A stretch of 64,000 nucleotides of DNA from Alphaproteobacteria bacterium (GTDB lineage Bacteria; Pseudomonadota; Alphaproteobacteria; CALKHQ01): NCBI GenBank assembly GCA_041396705.1, contig JAWKYB010000017.1:53865-117864 (forward strand), in the 5' to 3' direction. The translations under genes and the position numbers were made by a program. Position 1 is the stretch's first letter. Each line of letters begins with the position of its first letter. The notes under the pieces were generated by a model. That model was not told the origin of the DNA, searched no databases, and saw nothing but the letters and a program-made list of their open reading frames with translations. This document shows, piece after piece, positions 39,672 through 48,660 of this stretch.

Positions 39672-39792
39672 GGACCCATGGTCTCGCCAAGCGCGGTGCC
39701 GGACGCGCCACGGACCGGAACCGTAGCGGTCCGGGCCAAGCCTGTTGACGCGCCCCTTCCTGCGGCGGAAGCGGCTACTCCCCAAGGGATGC
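39672..39792 (-). promoter_or_regulatory. yybP-ykoY-like Mn2+ riboswitch
   Basis: The minus-strand RNA reads CCCUUGGGGAGUAGCCGC...GCGUCAACAGG...CUUGGCGAGACCAUGGG. The conserved GGGGAGUAG (39783-39775) and GC-AGACC (39687-39679) are present. P1 (CCCUUGG/CCAUGGG) pairs at 6 of 7 positions. The element lies ~65 nt upstream of the UPF0016 gene. Confidence 0.6.
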
Positions 39793-39848
39793 GTGATCTT
39801 ACGGGCCCGCGCCGCCCGCTGCAACCGCGGCACGGGCGCGTCTGCGCC

Positions 39849-40901
39849 TCACAGCTCGATGACGCAGTCCTCGGCCGGCTCGGCCGGCGGCTGGTCCCGC
39901 AGGTCGCGGAACTGCACCTGGGTGACGTGCTCGATGCCGCGCAGCATGTCGGACATCACGAAGGCGGCGATTCGCGGCGGGTGGTGCTTGCCCTTCAGCG
40001 CGAGCCAGCTGTTCAGCTTCACGGTCAGCGCGCAGACCGAGCCGCCGATGTCCTTCTGGTAGTGGCGGATGGTGTCTTCCATGCGCTGGAAGCTGGCGCT
40101 GGAGATGTCGGACCACATGTGCTGGGTCTCGACCCGGAAGATGTCGATGACCTGCGCGATGCCGAAGCGGGCGTTGGTCAGCCGGCGCTCGATCAGTTGG
40201 CAGGCGTGGGCGATCTCGCGGCTGCCGCGATAGCCGGGGGCTTCCGGCAGGGTGCGCAGCACGCCGAGGAAATCGGCGAGCGTCGGCTCGAGCTGGCTGA
40301 GGCAAAAGGCGTAGTAGGACAGCGACAGATAGACGTCGCCATAGCGCGCCAGGAACAGCGGGATGTCGAACAGCCCGATCTCCAGGCGCTCGGCCAGCCG
40401 CATCAGGTTGGTCTTCGCCGTTGCCACGTCCGGGCTCTGGAACAGCTTCAGGATGTCGGCGAAGCTTTTCTCGCCGTCGTCGGCATGGCCGTAGACCTGC
40501 GCCATCAGCGGCCTGATGAAGGCGGCCAGATGCGACGAGACCTGGCGCTCCATCTCCGGCGACAGCCGCAGGTGCTGGACGGTGTCGACGTCGAGGCCGA
40601 GGTCGCGCAGCGCGACGCGCACGCTGTAGACGTCGAAGCTGGCCAGCTCGCTCAGCTTCAGGATCAGCTCGTAGTCGTCGTGCCGGCCGTCGCCGAAGTC
40701 GAAATGCTGGCGCAGCTGCCGCGGCGGAATGTGCCCGCGGCCGGAGAACGGACCGGAGAACAGCTCGACCACGCTTTCCAGGTGCATGTTCTTGGTCAGC
40801 AGCGCGTCGCTCAGACTTCGCGTCTTGATCGGCATGGTCCGCAACGGCAGCACATGCACGGAATCCTTGGCCTCGCGGAACGCGGTCGGGTCGAGCGACA
40901 C
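39849..40901 (-). CDS. hypothetical 350-aa, apparently all-helical cytoplasmic protein
   Basis: The start is GTG, with GGAGA 7 nt upstream. Third-position GC bias fits this frame. I recognised no domain. Confidence 0.6.
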   Translation of the reverse strand: MSLDPTAFREAKDSVHVLPLRTMPIKTRSLSDALLTKNMHLESVVELFSGPFSGRGHIPPRQLRQHFDFGDGRHDDYELILKLSELASFDVYSVRVALRDLGLDVDTVQHLRLSPEMERQVSSHLAAFIRPLMAQVYGHADDGEKSFADILKLFQSPDVATAKTNLMRLAERLEIGLFDIPLFLARYGDVYLSLSYYAFCLSQLEPTLADFLGVLRTLPEAPGYRGSREIAHACQLIERRLTNARFGIAQVIDIFRVETQHMWSDISSASFQRMEDTIRHYQKDIGGSVCALTVKLNSWLALKGKHHPPRIAAFVMSDMLRGIEHVTQVQFRDLRDQPPAEPAEDCVIEL

Positions 40902-41254
40902 GGCAATGTCTCCATGGCTGAGGAACAGGAGAAAGGCCAGCTACACGCAGGAGTGCCTATTGTCCATTCGGAGATTGGGAATTAGTTAATTACGCACTGC
41001 GTCATGTAGTTGGGGCTCGGGCGTCGGGTCGGACGGAACCCGGGCGTTGCCTTCGTCTGGCGGCGTAAGCGCACCGCGGCTGCGCAGGCCCGGCACGACA
41101 CGGGTTTGCCAGGTGGGGCGGTGCACACAAGGGGCATTGCGCACGGCCTTCGCGGGCCGAACCGGGTTCAGCCGCGAAACGCACAACGATGCGCCGCATA
41201 ATTGTGCAGACGAGGCCGAATCCGGCCAAGTCGACAGCAGCGACGATTGACGGT

Positions 41255-41298
41255 TTGGTTCATGAACCGGTCTGCGCGGCCGTCGATTTCTGGTTCGA
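41255..41298. promoter_or_regulatory. palindrome GGTTCATGAACC plus a TGGTTCGA half-site in the Amt-paralogue upstream region
   Basis: The perfect 12-bp palindrome is at 41257-41268. TTGGTTCA (41255) is the reverse complement of the TGAACCAA seen at 32023. Confidence 0.35.
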
Positions 41299-41509
41299 TT
41301 CTTGCCAGCGGTCAGGTCGATCTTGCTTTTGGCGTTGCCGTAGCCGACGGATTTTGCAAACGTTTACGATCCGCGCGCGGCTTTCCTGCAATGCCGCAAG
41401 TCCGAACAAGGGACAGATAACATCGAGCCGGCGCGGCGGCCATGACGGAGGCTCCGCGGGCTGCGCAGCGTTGCGCCGGCCAGGCGGGCGAGAGGGGGAG
41501 AAGGACTGG

Positions 41510-42886
41510 ATGACTGACCCGAATAGCGCGCTATCGGTCATCTTCACCGAGTTCTACTACTGGGTGACCGTGGCGCTGATGTTCCTCATCCATGTGGGCT
41601 TCTGCATGTATGAGGTCGGTGCATCGCGCAACAAGAACAAGATGCACACGCTGATGAAGAACACGATGCTGATCCCGCTGGTCACCGTCACGTTCTATCT
41701 GTTCGGCTGGTGGATCTATTTCGCGTTTCCCAACGGCATTCCCGGCATCACCGGCGACCTGCCCGAGGCGGCGGCGACCTATCTGCCATGGTCGGAAAAC
41801 ATGGGCACGCACATGCAGGACCGCATCACCGGCGTGTTCTGGGCGGCGTTCCTGCTGTTCTCTTGGACGGCGGCCTCGATCGTCTCCGGCTCGGTGATCG
41901 AGCGCATCCGCTCCGGCGCCTTCTGGATCATGGCGGTGCTGATCGGCTCGGTCACCTGGATCATCGACGCGGCCTGGGGCTGGCACCCGGACGGCTGGAT
42001 GGTCACCGAGCTCGGCTATCACGACGCCTATGCCTCCGGCGTCATCCACGCCATCGCCGGCGGCGCCGCGTTGGGCGCGCTGATCGTGCTCGGCCCGCGT
42101 GTCGGCCGGTTCAAGCCGGACGGCACCGCGCGGGTGATCCCGCCGAACAATCCATGGCTGGTCACGGTCGGCATCTTCCTGATCTACACCGGCTTCTGGG
42201 GCTTCTATGTCGCCTGCAACGTGCCGATCATCGACAGCGACTTCATCGGCAGCACCGCAGAGGGCGGCGCCACCTTCTATACGGCGACCACGATCTATCT
42301 GACGCCCACCACCCTGTCGGCAATTACGTTCAACTTCCTGATGTCGCTGTCGGGCGGCCTGATGGTCGGCTATCTGGTGTCGAAGGGCGATGCCTTCTGG
42401 ACCTATTCGCTGGGTCTGGCCGGCATCATCACGGCGTCGGCCGGCAACGACCTCTACCATCCGATCGAATCGATGCTGGTCGGCGGCGTCGGCGCCTGGA
42501 TAGCCTACAAGCTGCACTACTGGGCCGAGCGCAAGTTCAAGTTCGACGACGCGGTCGGTGCGGTGGCGGTGCACGGCTATGCCGGTTTCGCCGGGCTGGT
42601 CATCGCCGGCTTCCTGCTGTGGGGCCATCCGGCGACGGCCGGCTACCACGGCGAGGCGACGCCGATCACGCCGTGGGGCAACACCATCGGCGCGATCATC
42701 ATGTTCTTCGTGCTGGGCTTCCTGCCGATGTTCATCCTGGCCAAGATCCTCAACGCCTTCGGGCTGTTGCGCGTCCCGCGCGACGTTGAGCTGGCGGGCC
42801 TCGATTTCGCGGCCAATCACACGGAAGCGCTGGACCAGGCCGAGATCGAAGAGGCGACGATGGCCGCCGTCCGGGCCAAGAACTGA
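41510..42886 (+). CDS. divergent Amt/MEP/Rh-family ammonium (methylammonium?) transporter
   Basis: The protein is 458 aa with about 11 TM helices. The twin histidines are conserved (SGVIHAIAGG and GAVAVHGYAGFAG), but the DFAGG motif is replaced by HDAYAS. GGGGGAG lies upstream of ATG 41510. Confidence 0.8.
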   Translation: MTDPNSALSVIFTEFYYWVTVALMFLIHVGFCMYEVGASRNKNKMHTLMKNTMLIPLVTVTFYLFGWWIYFAFPNGIPGITGDLPEAAATYLPWSENMGTHMQDRITGVFWAAFLLFSWTAASIVSGSVIERIRSGAFWIMAVLIGSVTWIIDAAWGWHPDGWMVTELGYHDAYASGVIHAIAGGAALGALIVLGPRVGRFKPDGTARVIPPNNPWLVTVGIFLIYTGFWGFYVACNVPIIDSDFIGSTAEGGATFYTATTIYLTPTTLSAITFNFLMSLSGGLMVGYLVSKGDAFWTYSLGLAGIITASAGNDLYHPIESMLVGGVGAWIAYKLHYWAERKFKFDDAVGAVAVHGYAGFAGLVIAGFLLWGHPATAGYHGEATPITPWGNTIGAIIMFFVLGFLPMFILAKILNAFGLLRVPRDVELAGLDFAANHTEALDQAEIEEATMAAVRAKN

Positions 42887-42900
42887 GGGAGGGCCGAACC

Positions 42901-43134
42901 ATGTCCACCACACCCGTCGAGACCTGGCAGAACGTGAACGGCGAGGAGATCGCTGCGATCTATCCCTTCGTCGGCATCGAAGTCTGGCTGGTCATCGCCT
43001 GCGTGATCTTCTGGGTGCTGTTCCACATCTGGCAGATCAAGCAGGAGAACAGGGAGATCCGCGAGGATCACGAGCTGCTCAAGAAGAACGGCAACCTGGA
43101 ACGCGTCGTGAAGGGCGACAACCTGTTGCTCTGA
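42901..43134 (+). CDS. 77-aa single-pass membrane protein coupled to the Amt paralogue
   Basis: GAGGGAGG lies 8 nt before the ATG, and the gene starts 14 nt after the Amt stop. It has one TM helix (IEVWLVIACVIFWVLFHIW) and a charged tail. It is AT-richer than its surroundings. Confidence 0.6.
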   Translation: MSTTPVETWQNVNGEEIAAIYPFVGIEVWLVIACVIFWVLFHIWQIKQENREIREDHELLKKNGNLERVVKGDNLLL

Positions 43135-43162
43135 GCGTTGCCAGGGCCGTGTCTGCCGCTCT

Positions 43163-43190
43163 GGGGCGCCGCATCGCGGCGCCCCTTTTT
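43163..43190 (+). terminator. rho-independent terminator
   Basis: A 10-bp stem GGGGCGCCGC (43163-72) / GCGGCGCCCC (43176-85) is followed by TTTTT (43186-90). Confidence 0.7.
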
Positions 43191-43202
43191 CGTGGCCGGC
43201 AC

Positions 43203-44501
43203 TCAGGCGGAGACGCGCAGGCCCTGCGGCGCCTGTGGCATCTCGTAGCGGGCGAAACGGCCGCCGATCATCACCGCACTCAGGCGGTCCGGATCCTGCA
43301 GGATGCGGATGTCGTCCAGCGGGTCGCCGTCGACGACCAGCAGGTCGGCATGGGCGCCCGGCGCGAGCCGGCCGATCCGCTCCGGCTCGCCCATCAGCTC
43401 GCCGCCCAGTCGGGTGGCGGCGACGAGCGCCTCCATCGGCGTGAAGCCGAGCAGGCCGACGAAGTGCTCCAGGTCGCGGGCGTTGGTACCGATCGGGTTG
43501 GTGATGCCGGCGCCGTAGTCGCCGCCGGGCAGGATGCGCACGCCGCGCTTGCGCAGGTCGCTCATGCAGTCGATCAACGTTGCAAGCTCCTCCTGCAGCA
43601 GCGCGAGCTTGCGCGGCGGCATCGGCAGGCCGAATTCCCGGTGCCGGTTGATCTGCGACCATGGGAAGCCGATGGTCGGCGCGACGAACACCCGGTCCTT
43701 CGCCGCCTCCAGCATGTCGCGCGCCTCCGCGTCGGCGAACACGGCGTGGTAGATCACGTCGACGCCGTGGCGGATGCACATCTTGACGCCGTCGGAACTG
43801 GTGCAGTGCGCCGCCACCATCATGTTGCGCGGCTTGGCCACCGCGACCAGCGCCGCAAGCTCGGCGTCGGTGATCACGGTGACCGTGCTGTAGGCGTGCA
43901 TACGGCCATAGTCGCGGTCGCCGGAGACGTTGACCTTCAGCGTGTCGACGCCGTCGCGCGCCGCCAGCCGCCCGGCCTCGGTGAAGGCGTCCGCGCCGTC
44001 GGCGATCACGGTGAAGGCGATCGCGCGCGGCAGCGTCAGGTAGTTGGTATTGGCGTCGCCCAGGTTGCCGGAGGGCGTGATCTCCTGGCTGCAGGCGCGG
44101 ATGCGCGGGCCGACGAAATGGCCGGCCTCGATCGCGTCGCGCACGGCGACGTCGAGCCGCGGCTTGGCCGCCGCGGCGCTGAACAGGCTGGTGAAGCCGC
44201 GCTGCAGCAGCAATTGCGCGTTCTTCAGCGAGACCAGCGCCTGGTCCTCGACCGGGGTCATGATCGTGCCCTCGAACGAGGTGATGTTGTCGAACGAGAT
44301 GTGGCAGTGCGCCTCGACCATGCCCGGCATCACGGTGCGGCCGCCGCAGTCGACCCGCGCCAGCCGGTCGCCGCCGATCGCGGCGACGTTGGCCGGGCGC
44401 ACCTGGGCGATCGTGCCGTCCTCGACCAGGATGTCGCCGTCGAAGGGCGCGCCGCCGGAGCCGTCGATGATGCGCGCGTTGGTCAGCAGCAGATCGTTCA
44501 T
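43203..44501 (-). CDS. amidohydrolase-superfamily metallohydrolase
   Basis: The N-terminus ARIIDGSGG...VMPGMVEAHCHISF carries the HxH metal site. Start is ATG 44501, with GGGGAGGAG upstream. Confidence 0.85.
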   Translation of the reverse strand: MNDLLLTNARIIDGSGGAPFDGDILVEDGTIAQVRPANVAAIGGDRLARVDCGGRTVMPGMVEAHCHISFDNITSFEGTIMTPVEDQALVSLKNAQLLLQRGFTSLFSAAAAKPRLDVAVRDAIEAGHFVGPRIRACSQEITPSGNLGDANTNYLTLPRAIAFTVIADGADAFTEAGRLAARDGVDTLKVNVSGDRDYGRMHAYSTVTVITDAELAALVAVAKPRNMMVAAHCTSSDGVKMCIRHGVDVIYHAVFADAEARDMLEAAKDRVFVAPTIGFPWSQINRHREFGLPMPPRKLALLQEELATLIDCMSDLRKRGVRILPGGDYGAGITNPIGTNARDLEHFVGLLGFTPMEALVAATRLGGELMGEPERIGRLAPGAHADLLVVDGDPLDDIRILQDPDRLSAVMIGGRFARYEMPQAPQGLRVSA

Positions 44502-44703
44502 GGTCTCCTCCCCTGGCATGTCCATCGTGCTGGCGAACGACGCCGTTCGGTCAAGTAAGACACCCGGCGACCGCCGCCGCAAGGCAGGCGGCCGCGCCGT
44601 CTTTGCCGCACCCGGCGGACCGCCGTTGCGCACGCCGGCCGCGGCCGGCTATCGAGAAGACGCAGAACCGGCCGCCGAGGGCCGGACAGGGAGTTAACCG
44701 CGC

Positions 44704-45897
44704 ATGTCGATCGACCCCGCCACGCTGAAGGCCAACTGGAACTACCCGACGACGATCCGCTTCGGTCCCGGCCGGATCGCGGAGATCGCCGCCGCCTGCC
44801 GCTACGCCGGCATCGCGCGGCCGCAGATCGTCACCGACCCCGGGCTCGCCGGCCTGCCGATGATCGCCGACGCGCAGGCGCGGCTGGCCGAGGCCGGCAT
44901 GCCGGCCGCGGTGTTCGCCGACGTGCAGGGCAACCCGGTCGGCGCCAATGTCGAGGCCGGGGTGGCGGCGTTCAAGGCCGGCGGCCATGACGGTGTGATC
45001 GCCTGGGGCGGCGGCAGCGCGCTGGACGCCGGCAAGGCGGTGGCGCTGATGGCCGGCCAGACGCGGTCGATGTGGGATTTCGAGGATGTCGGCGACAACT
45101 GGAAGCGGGTCGACGCGGACCGGGTGGCACCGGTGGTGGCGGTGCCGACCACGGCCGGCACCGGCTCCGAGACCGGCCGCGCCTCGGTGATCACCAATGT
45201 CGGGGCCGACCGCAAGATCGTCGTCTTCCACCCGGCGATGATGCCGAAATGCGTGGTCGCCGACCCCGAACTGACGGTCGGGCTGCCGCCGCACCTGACC
45301 GCGGCCACCGGCATGGACGCGTTCGCCCACTGCCTGGAGGCCTATTGCGCGCCGGGCTTCCACCCGATGGCCGACGGCATCGCGGTCGAAGGCGTGCGGC
45401 TGGTCAAGGACTGGCTGCCCGCGGCGGTCCGCGACGGCAAGGACATGGCCGCGCGCGCCCACATGATGGTCGCGGCCTCGATGGGCTCGACCGCGTTCCA
45501 GAAGGGCCTGGGCGCGATCCATTCGCTGTCCCACCCCTGCGGCTCGCTGTTCCACACCCACCACGGCCTGACCAATGCCGTGGTCATGCCCTATGTGCTG
45601 GCGTACAACCGGCCGGTCATCGAGCAGCGGATCGGGCGGCTGGCCCGCTATCTGGGTCTCGACGGCAGCTTCGACGGTTTCATGCGCTGGGTGCTCGACC
45701 TGCGCGCCGAGATCGCGATTCCGAACACGCTGGCCGCGCTCAAGGTCGACCCGGCCGCGGTCGACCGGATGGCGGAGTTGGCGGCGATCGACCCGTGCGC
45801 CGGTGGCAACCCGCGCCATGTCGGCGTCGCCGAGCACATCCACCTCTATCACGCCGCGCTCAACGGCGACCTGAAGAGCGCCGGCTGGCACGCCTGA
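44704..45897 (+). CDS. iron-containing (group III) alcohol dehydrogenase
   Basis: GGGSALDAGKAVA, VPTTAGTGSE and the His cluster HSLSHPCGSLFHTHHG are present. Confidence 0.9.
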   Translation: MSIDPATLKANWNYPTTIRFGPGRIAEIAAACRYAGIARPQIVTDPGLAGLPMIADAQARLAEAGMPAAVFADVQGNPVGANVEAGVAAFKAGGHDGVIAWGGGSALDAGKAVALMAGQTRSMWDFEDVGDNWKRVDADRVAPVVAVPTTAGTGSETGRASVITNVGADRKIVVFHPAMMPKCVVADPELTVGLPPHLTAATGMDAFAHCLEAYCAPGFHPMADGIAVEGVRLVKDWLPAAVRDGKDMAARAHMMVAASMGSTAFQKGLGAIHSLSHPCGSLFHTHHGLTNAVVMPYVLAYNRPVIEQRIGRLARYLGLDGSFDGFMRWVLDLRAEIAIPNTLAALKVDPAAVDRMAELAAIDPCAGGNPRHVGVAEHIHLYHAALNGDLKSAGWHA

Positions 45898-45906
45898 GGC
45901 CGGCGT

Positions 45907-47259
45907 CTACGCCGCCGCTTCGACCGCTTCGATCACCGCGTCGCCGGCCGGCTCCGGCGCCTCGTCGCCGATGACGACGGCGGCGGCGACCTGGATCGCC
46001 GCCAGCCGCCAGCCGTCCTCGCCGGCCGCGTGGATCGTCGCCAGCGGCTGGCCGCGGTCGACGCGGTCGCCGGGTGCCACCACGTCGGTCAGCCCGACCC
46101 GCGGGTCGATCGGCGCGTTCGGCCTGGTGCGGCCGCCGCCGAGGCCGACGATGGCCATGCCGAGCGCCTGCAGGTCGATCGAGCGCACATGGCCCGCGCG
46201 GGCGGCCACCGCGGGCCGCACCACCGGAGCGCGCGGCAGGAAGGCGTCCGGGTCCTCCACCAGGTCGGCCGAGCCGCCGAGGGCGGCGACCATGCGGCCG
46301 AAGCGCTCGGCCGCGAGCCCGTCGGTGATCGCCCGCTCGATCCGCGCCGCACCCTCGTCGGCGCTGTCGGCGACCCCGACCCTGGCCAGCACCGCGCCGC
46401 CCAGCGCCGAGGTCACGCGCATCAGCCGCTCGTCGCCGGGCTCGCCGCGCATCATCGCGATGCACTCGCCCACCTCCAGCGCGTTGCCGGCGGTGCGGCC
46501 GAGCACCTGGTTCATGTCGGTGACCCGCGCCATGGTCGGCAGGCCGGCACCGTTGGCGACCGCGACCAGCGCCTCGGCCAGCTCCAGCGCCGCGGCGCGG
46601 CCGACCATGAACGCGCCGGACCCGGTCTTGACGTCCAGCACCAGCGCGTCGAGGCCCTCGGCCAGCTTCTTCGACAGGATCGACGAGACGATCAGCGGCA
46701 GCGATGCGACGGTAGCGGTGACGTCGCGGATGGCATAGAGCCGCCGGTCGGCCGGTACCAGGTCGGCGGACGCCCCGACGATGGCGCAGCCGACCTCCAT
46801 GCAGATGCGCTGCAGCTGGTCGGTCGGCACGTCGCAGCGATAGCCGGGGATCGATTCCAGCTTGTCGAGCGTGCCGCCGGTATGGCCGAGCCCGCGGCCG
46901 GACAGCATCGGCACCACGCAGCCGCAGGCCGCCAGCGCCGGCGCCAGGATCAGGCTGACCTTGTCGCCGATACCGCCGGTCGAATGCTTGTCGACGATCG
47001 GCCGGCCGTCGCGCAGGTCGGTCCAGTCCAGCGCGGCGCCGCTGGCGGTCATCGCCCGGGTCAGCGCCACCTGCTCGCCGCGGTCGAGCCCGCGCAGGAA
47101 CACGGCCATGGCGAATGCGGCGACCTGCGCCTCCGACCAGGACTCGCTGGCGATGCCCTGCGCGATCGCCTCGATCTCGGCGACGGACAGCGTGCCGCCG
47201 TCGCGCTTCGCAGCGATCAGCGTCTGCGGCGGGGTCGCGCTCATCGCGCGCTCAGTCAT
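45907..47259 (-). CDS. deoA: thymidine phosphorylase
   Basis: IIAAKRDGG-type N-terminus, DKHSTGGIGDK and SGRGLGHTGGTLDKLESIPG are present. Confidence 0.95.
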   Translation of the reverse strand: MTERAMSATPPQTLIAAKRDGGTLSVAEIEAIAQGIASESWSEAQVAAFAMAVFLRGLDRGEQVALTRAMTASGAALDWTDLRDGRPIVDKHSTGGIGDKVSLILAPALAACGCVVPMLSGRGLGHTGGTLDKLESIPGYRCDVPTDQLQRICMEVGCAIVGASADLVPADRRLYAIRDVTATVASLPLIVSSILSKKLAEGLDALVLDVKTGSGAFMVGRAAALELAEALVAVANGAGLPTMARVTDMNQVLGRTAGNALEVGECIAMMRGEPGDERLMRVTSALGGAVLARVGVADSADEGAARIERAITDGLAAERFGRMVAALGGSADLVEDPDAFLPRAPVVRPAVAARAGHVRSIDLQALGMAIVGLGGGRTRPNAPIDPRVGLTDVVAPGDRVDRGQPLATIHAAGEDGWRLAAIQVAAAVVIGDEAPEPAGDAVIEAVEAAA

Positions 47260-47674
47260 CGAGGTTGTGCGGGCCGAAGCCGTGCGGCAGCAGGTCCCGC
47301 AGCGTGAATGTGCGGCGCAGGCCCTCGGGCCCGCAGATGTGGATCGGCATGGTCCAGTCGGCGAACTCGGCCAGCCGCTGGCGGCAGCCGCCGCAGGGCG
47401 TGCACAGCGCCTCGCCCTGGCCGATCACCACCGCTTCGACGATGCGCAGGCCGCCGGCCGTCACCATCGCGCCGATGGCGGAGGCCTCGGCGCACTGGCC
47501 GACCGGATAGGCCGCGTTCTCGACGTTGCAGCCGGCATAGAGCCCGCCGTCGTCGCAGCGCAGGCAGGCGCCGACCGGGAAGCGCGAGTAGGGCGCATAG
47601 GCGTTGGCCATCGCCGCCTTCGCCCGCGCGAACAGCGGCGCGAGCCCGTCCGGCAGCGTCGCCGGCGCGCTCAT
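47252..47674 (-). CDS. cdd: cytidine deaminase
   Basis: The protein is 140 aa with Zn motifs CAEASAI and PCGGCRQ. The ATG overlaps the upstream permease stop (ATGA). Confidence 0.93.
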   Translation of the reverse strand: MSAPATLPDGLAPLFARAKAAMANAYAPYSRFPVGACLRCDDGGLYAGCNVENAAYPVGQCAEASAIGAMVTAGGLRIVEAVVIGQGEALCTPCGGCRQRLAEFADWTMPIHICGPEGLRRTFTLRDLLPHGFGPHNLDD

Positions 47675-48642
47675 CGCTCTTTCACATAGGGCCGGCCGAT
47701 CGCCTTCGGCGCGACCGCCTTGCCGATGAAGCCGGCCAGCAGCACCACCGTCAGCACATAGGGCAGCGCCTGGAACACCTGCACCGGCACCTCGCCGATG
47801 CCGGGCACCTGCCAGCCCTGCAGCCGCGCCTCCAGCGACTGCAGCAGGCCGAACAGGAAGCAGGCGCCGAGCACCGGCACCGGCCGCCACTTGGCGAAGA
47901 TCAGCGCGGCCAGCGCCAGATAGCCGCGGCCGGCGGTCATGTCGCGGCCGAAGAAGGCGCCGTCGGCGATCGACAGATAGGCGCCGGCAATGCCGCAAAG
48001 CGCGCCGGAGACGATCAGCGCCAGATAGCGCATCCGCACCACCGAGATGCCGGCGGTGTCGACGGCGGCCGGGTTCTCGCCGACCGCGCGCAGCCGGAGC
48101 CCGAAGCGGGTGCGGTAGACCACCCACGAGACCAGCGGCACCAGCACGAACATCAGATAGACCAGCACGTTGTGGCCGCTGATCAGCTCCGACCACAGCT
48201 GGCCCAGCACCGGCACGTCGGCCACCGACTGCGCCAGCGGCAGGTCGACCGGTGCGAAGCGCTGGCCGATCTCCAGCGCCGGCGTCTTGCCGCCCTGGCC
48301 GAACCAGGCATGGCCCAGCGTGACGGTCAGGCCGGCGGCGACGAAGTTGATGGCCAGGCCGGAGATGACCTGGTCGCCGCGGAAGGTGACGCTGGCCACC
48401 GCGTGGACCAGCGCCAGCGCCATCGCGATGCCCATGGCCGCGAGCAGGCCCAGCCATGGGCTGCCGGTGGTGGCGGCGACCGCGCCGGCAAAGAAGGCGG
48501 CGAACAGCATCTTGCCTTCCAGCGCGATGTTGACCACGCCCGAGCGCTCGGCGAACAGGCCGGCCAGCGCTGCCAGCACCAGCGGGGTCGACACCCGGAT
48601 GGTGGCGTCGAGCAGCAGCACGATGAAGTTGATCGTGTCCAT
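47671..48642 (-). CDS. ABC transporter permease (BMP/nucleoside-type, YufQ-like)
   Basis: The 323-aa polytopic membrane protein lies within the BMP transporter operon. Confidence 0.88.
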   Translation of the reverse strand: MDTINFIVLLLDATIRVSTPLVLAALAGLFAERSGVVNIALEGKMLFAAFFAGAVAATTGSPWLGLLAAMGIAMALALVHAVASVTFRGDQVISGLAINFVAAGLTVTLGHAWFGQGGKTPALEIGQRFAPVDLPLAQSVADVPVLGQLWSELISGHNVLVYLMFVLVPLVSWVVYRTRFGLRLRAVGENPAAVDTAGISVVRMRYLALIVSGALCGIAGAYLSIADGAFFGRDMTAGRGYLALAALIFAKWRPVPVLGACFLFGLLQSLEARLQGWQVPGIGEVPVQVFQALPYVLTVVLLAGFIGKAVAPKAIGRPYVKER

Positions 48643-48660
48643 CCCCGCCTCCCGCCCGCG

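Noticed and set aside
41330-41344. A sigma54-like element TGGCGTTGCCGTAGC upstream of the Amt paralogue.
   Set aside because: The GG-N10-GC spacing fits, but the -24 element is TGGCGT and the -12 element is TAGC instead of TTGC. It lies 166 nt from the ATG and no enhancer site is visible, so the evidence is too weak to call.
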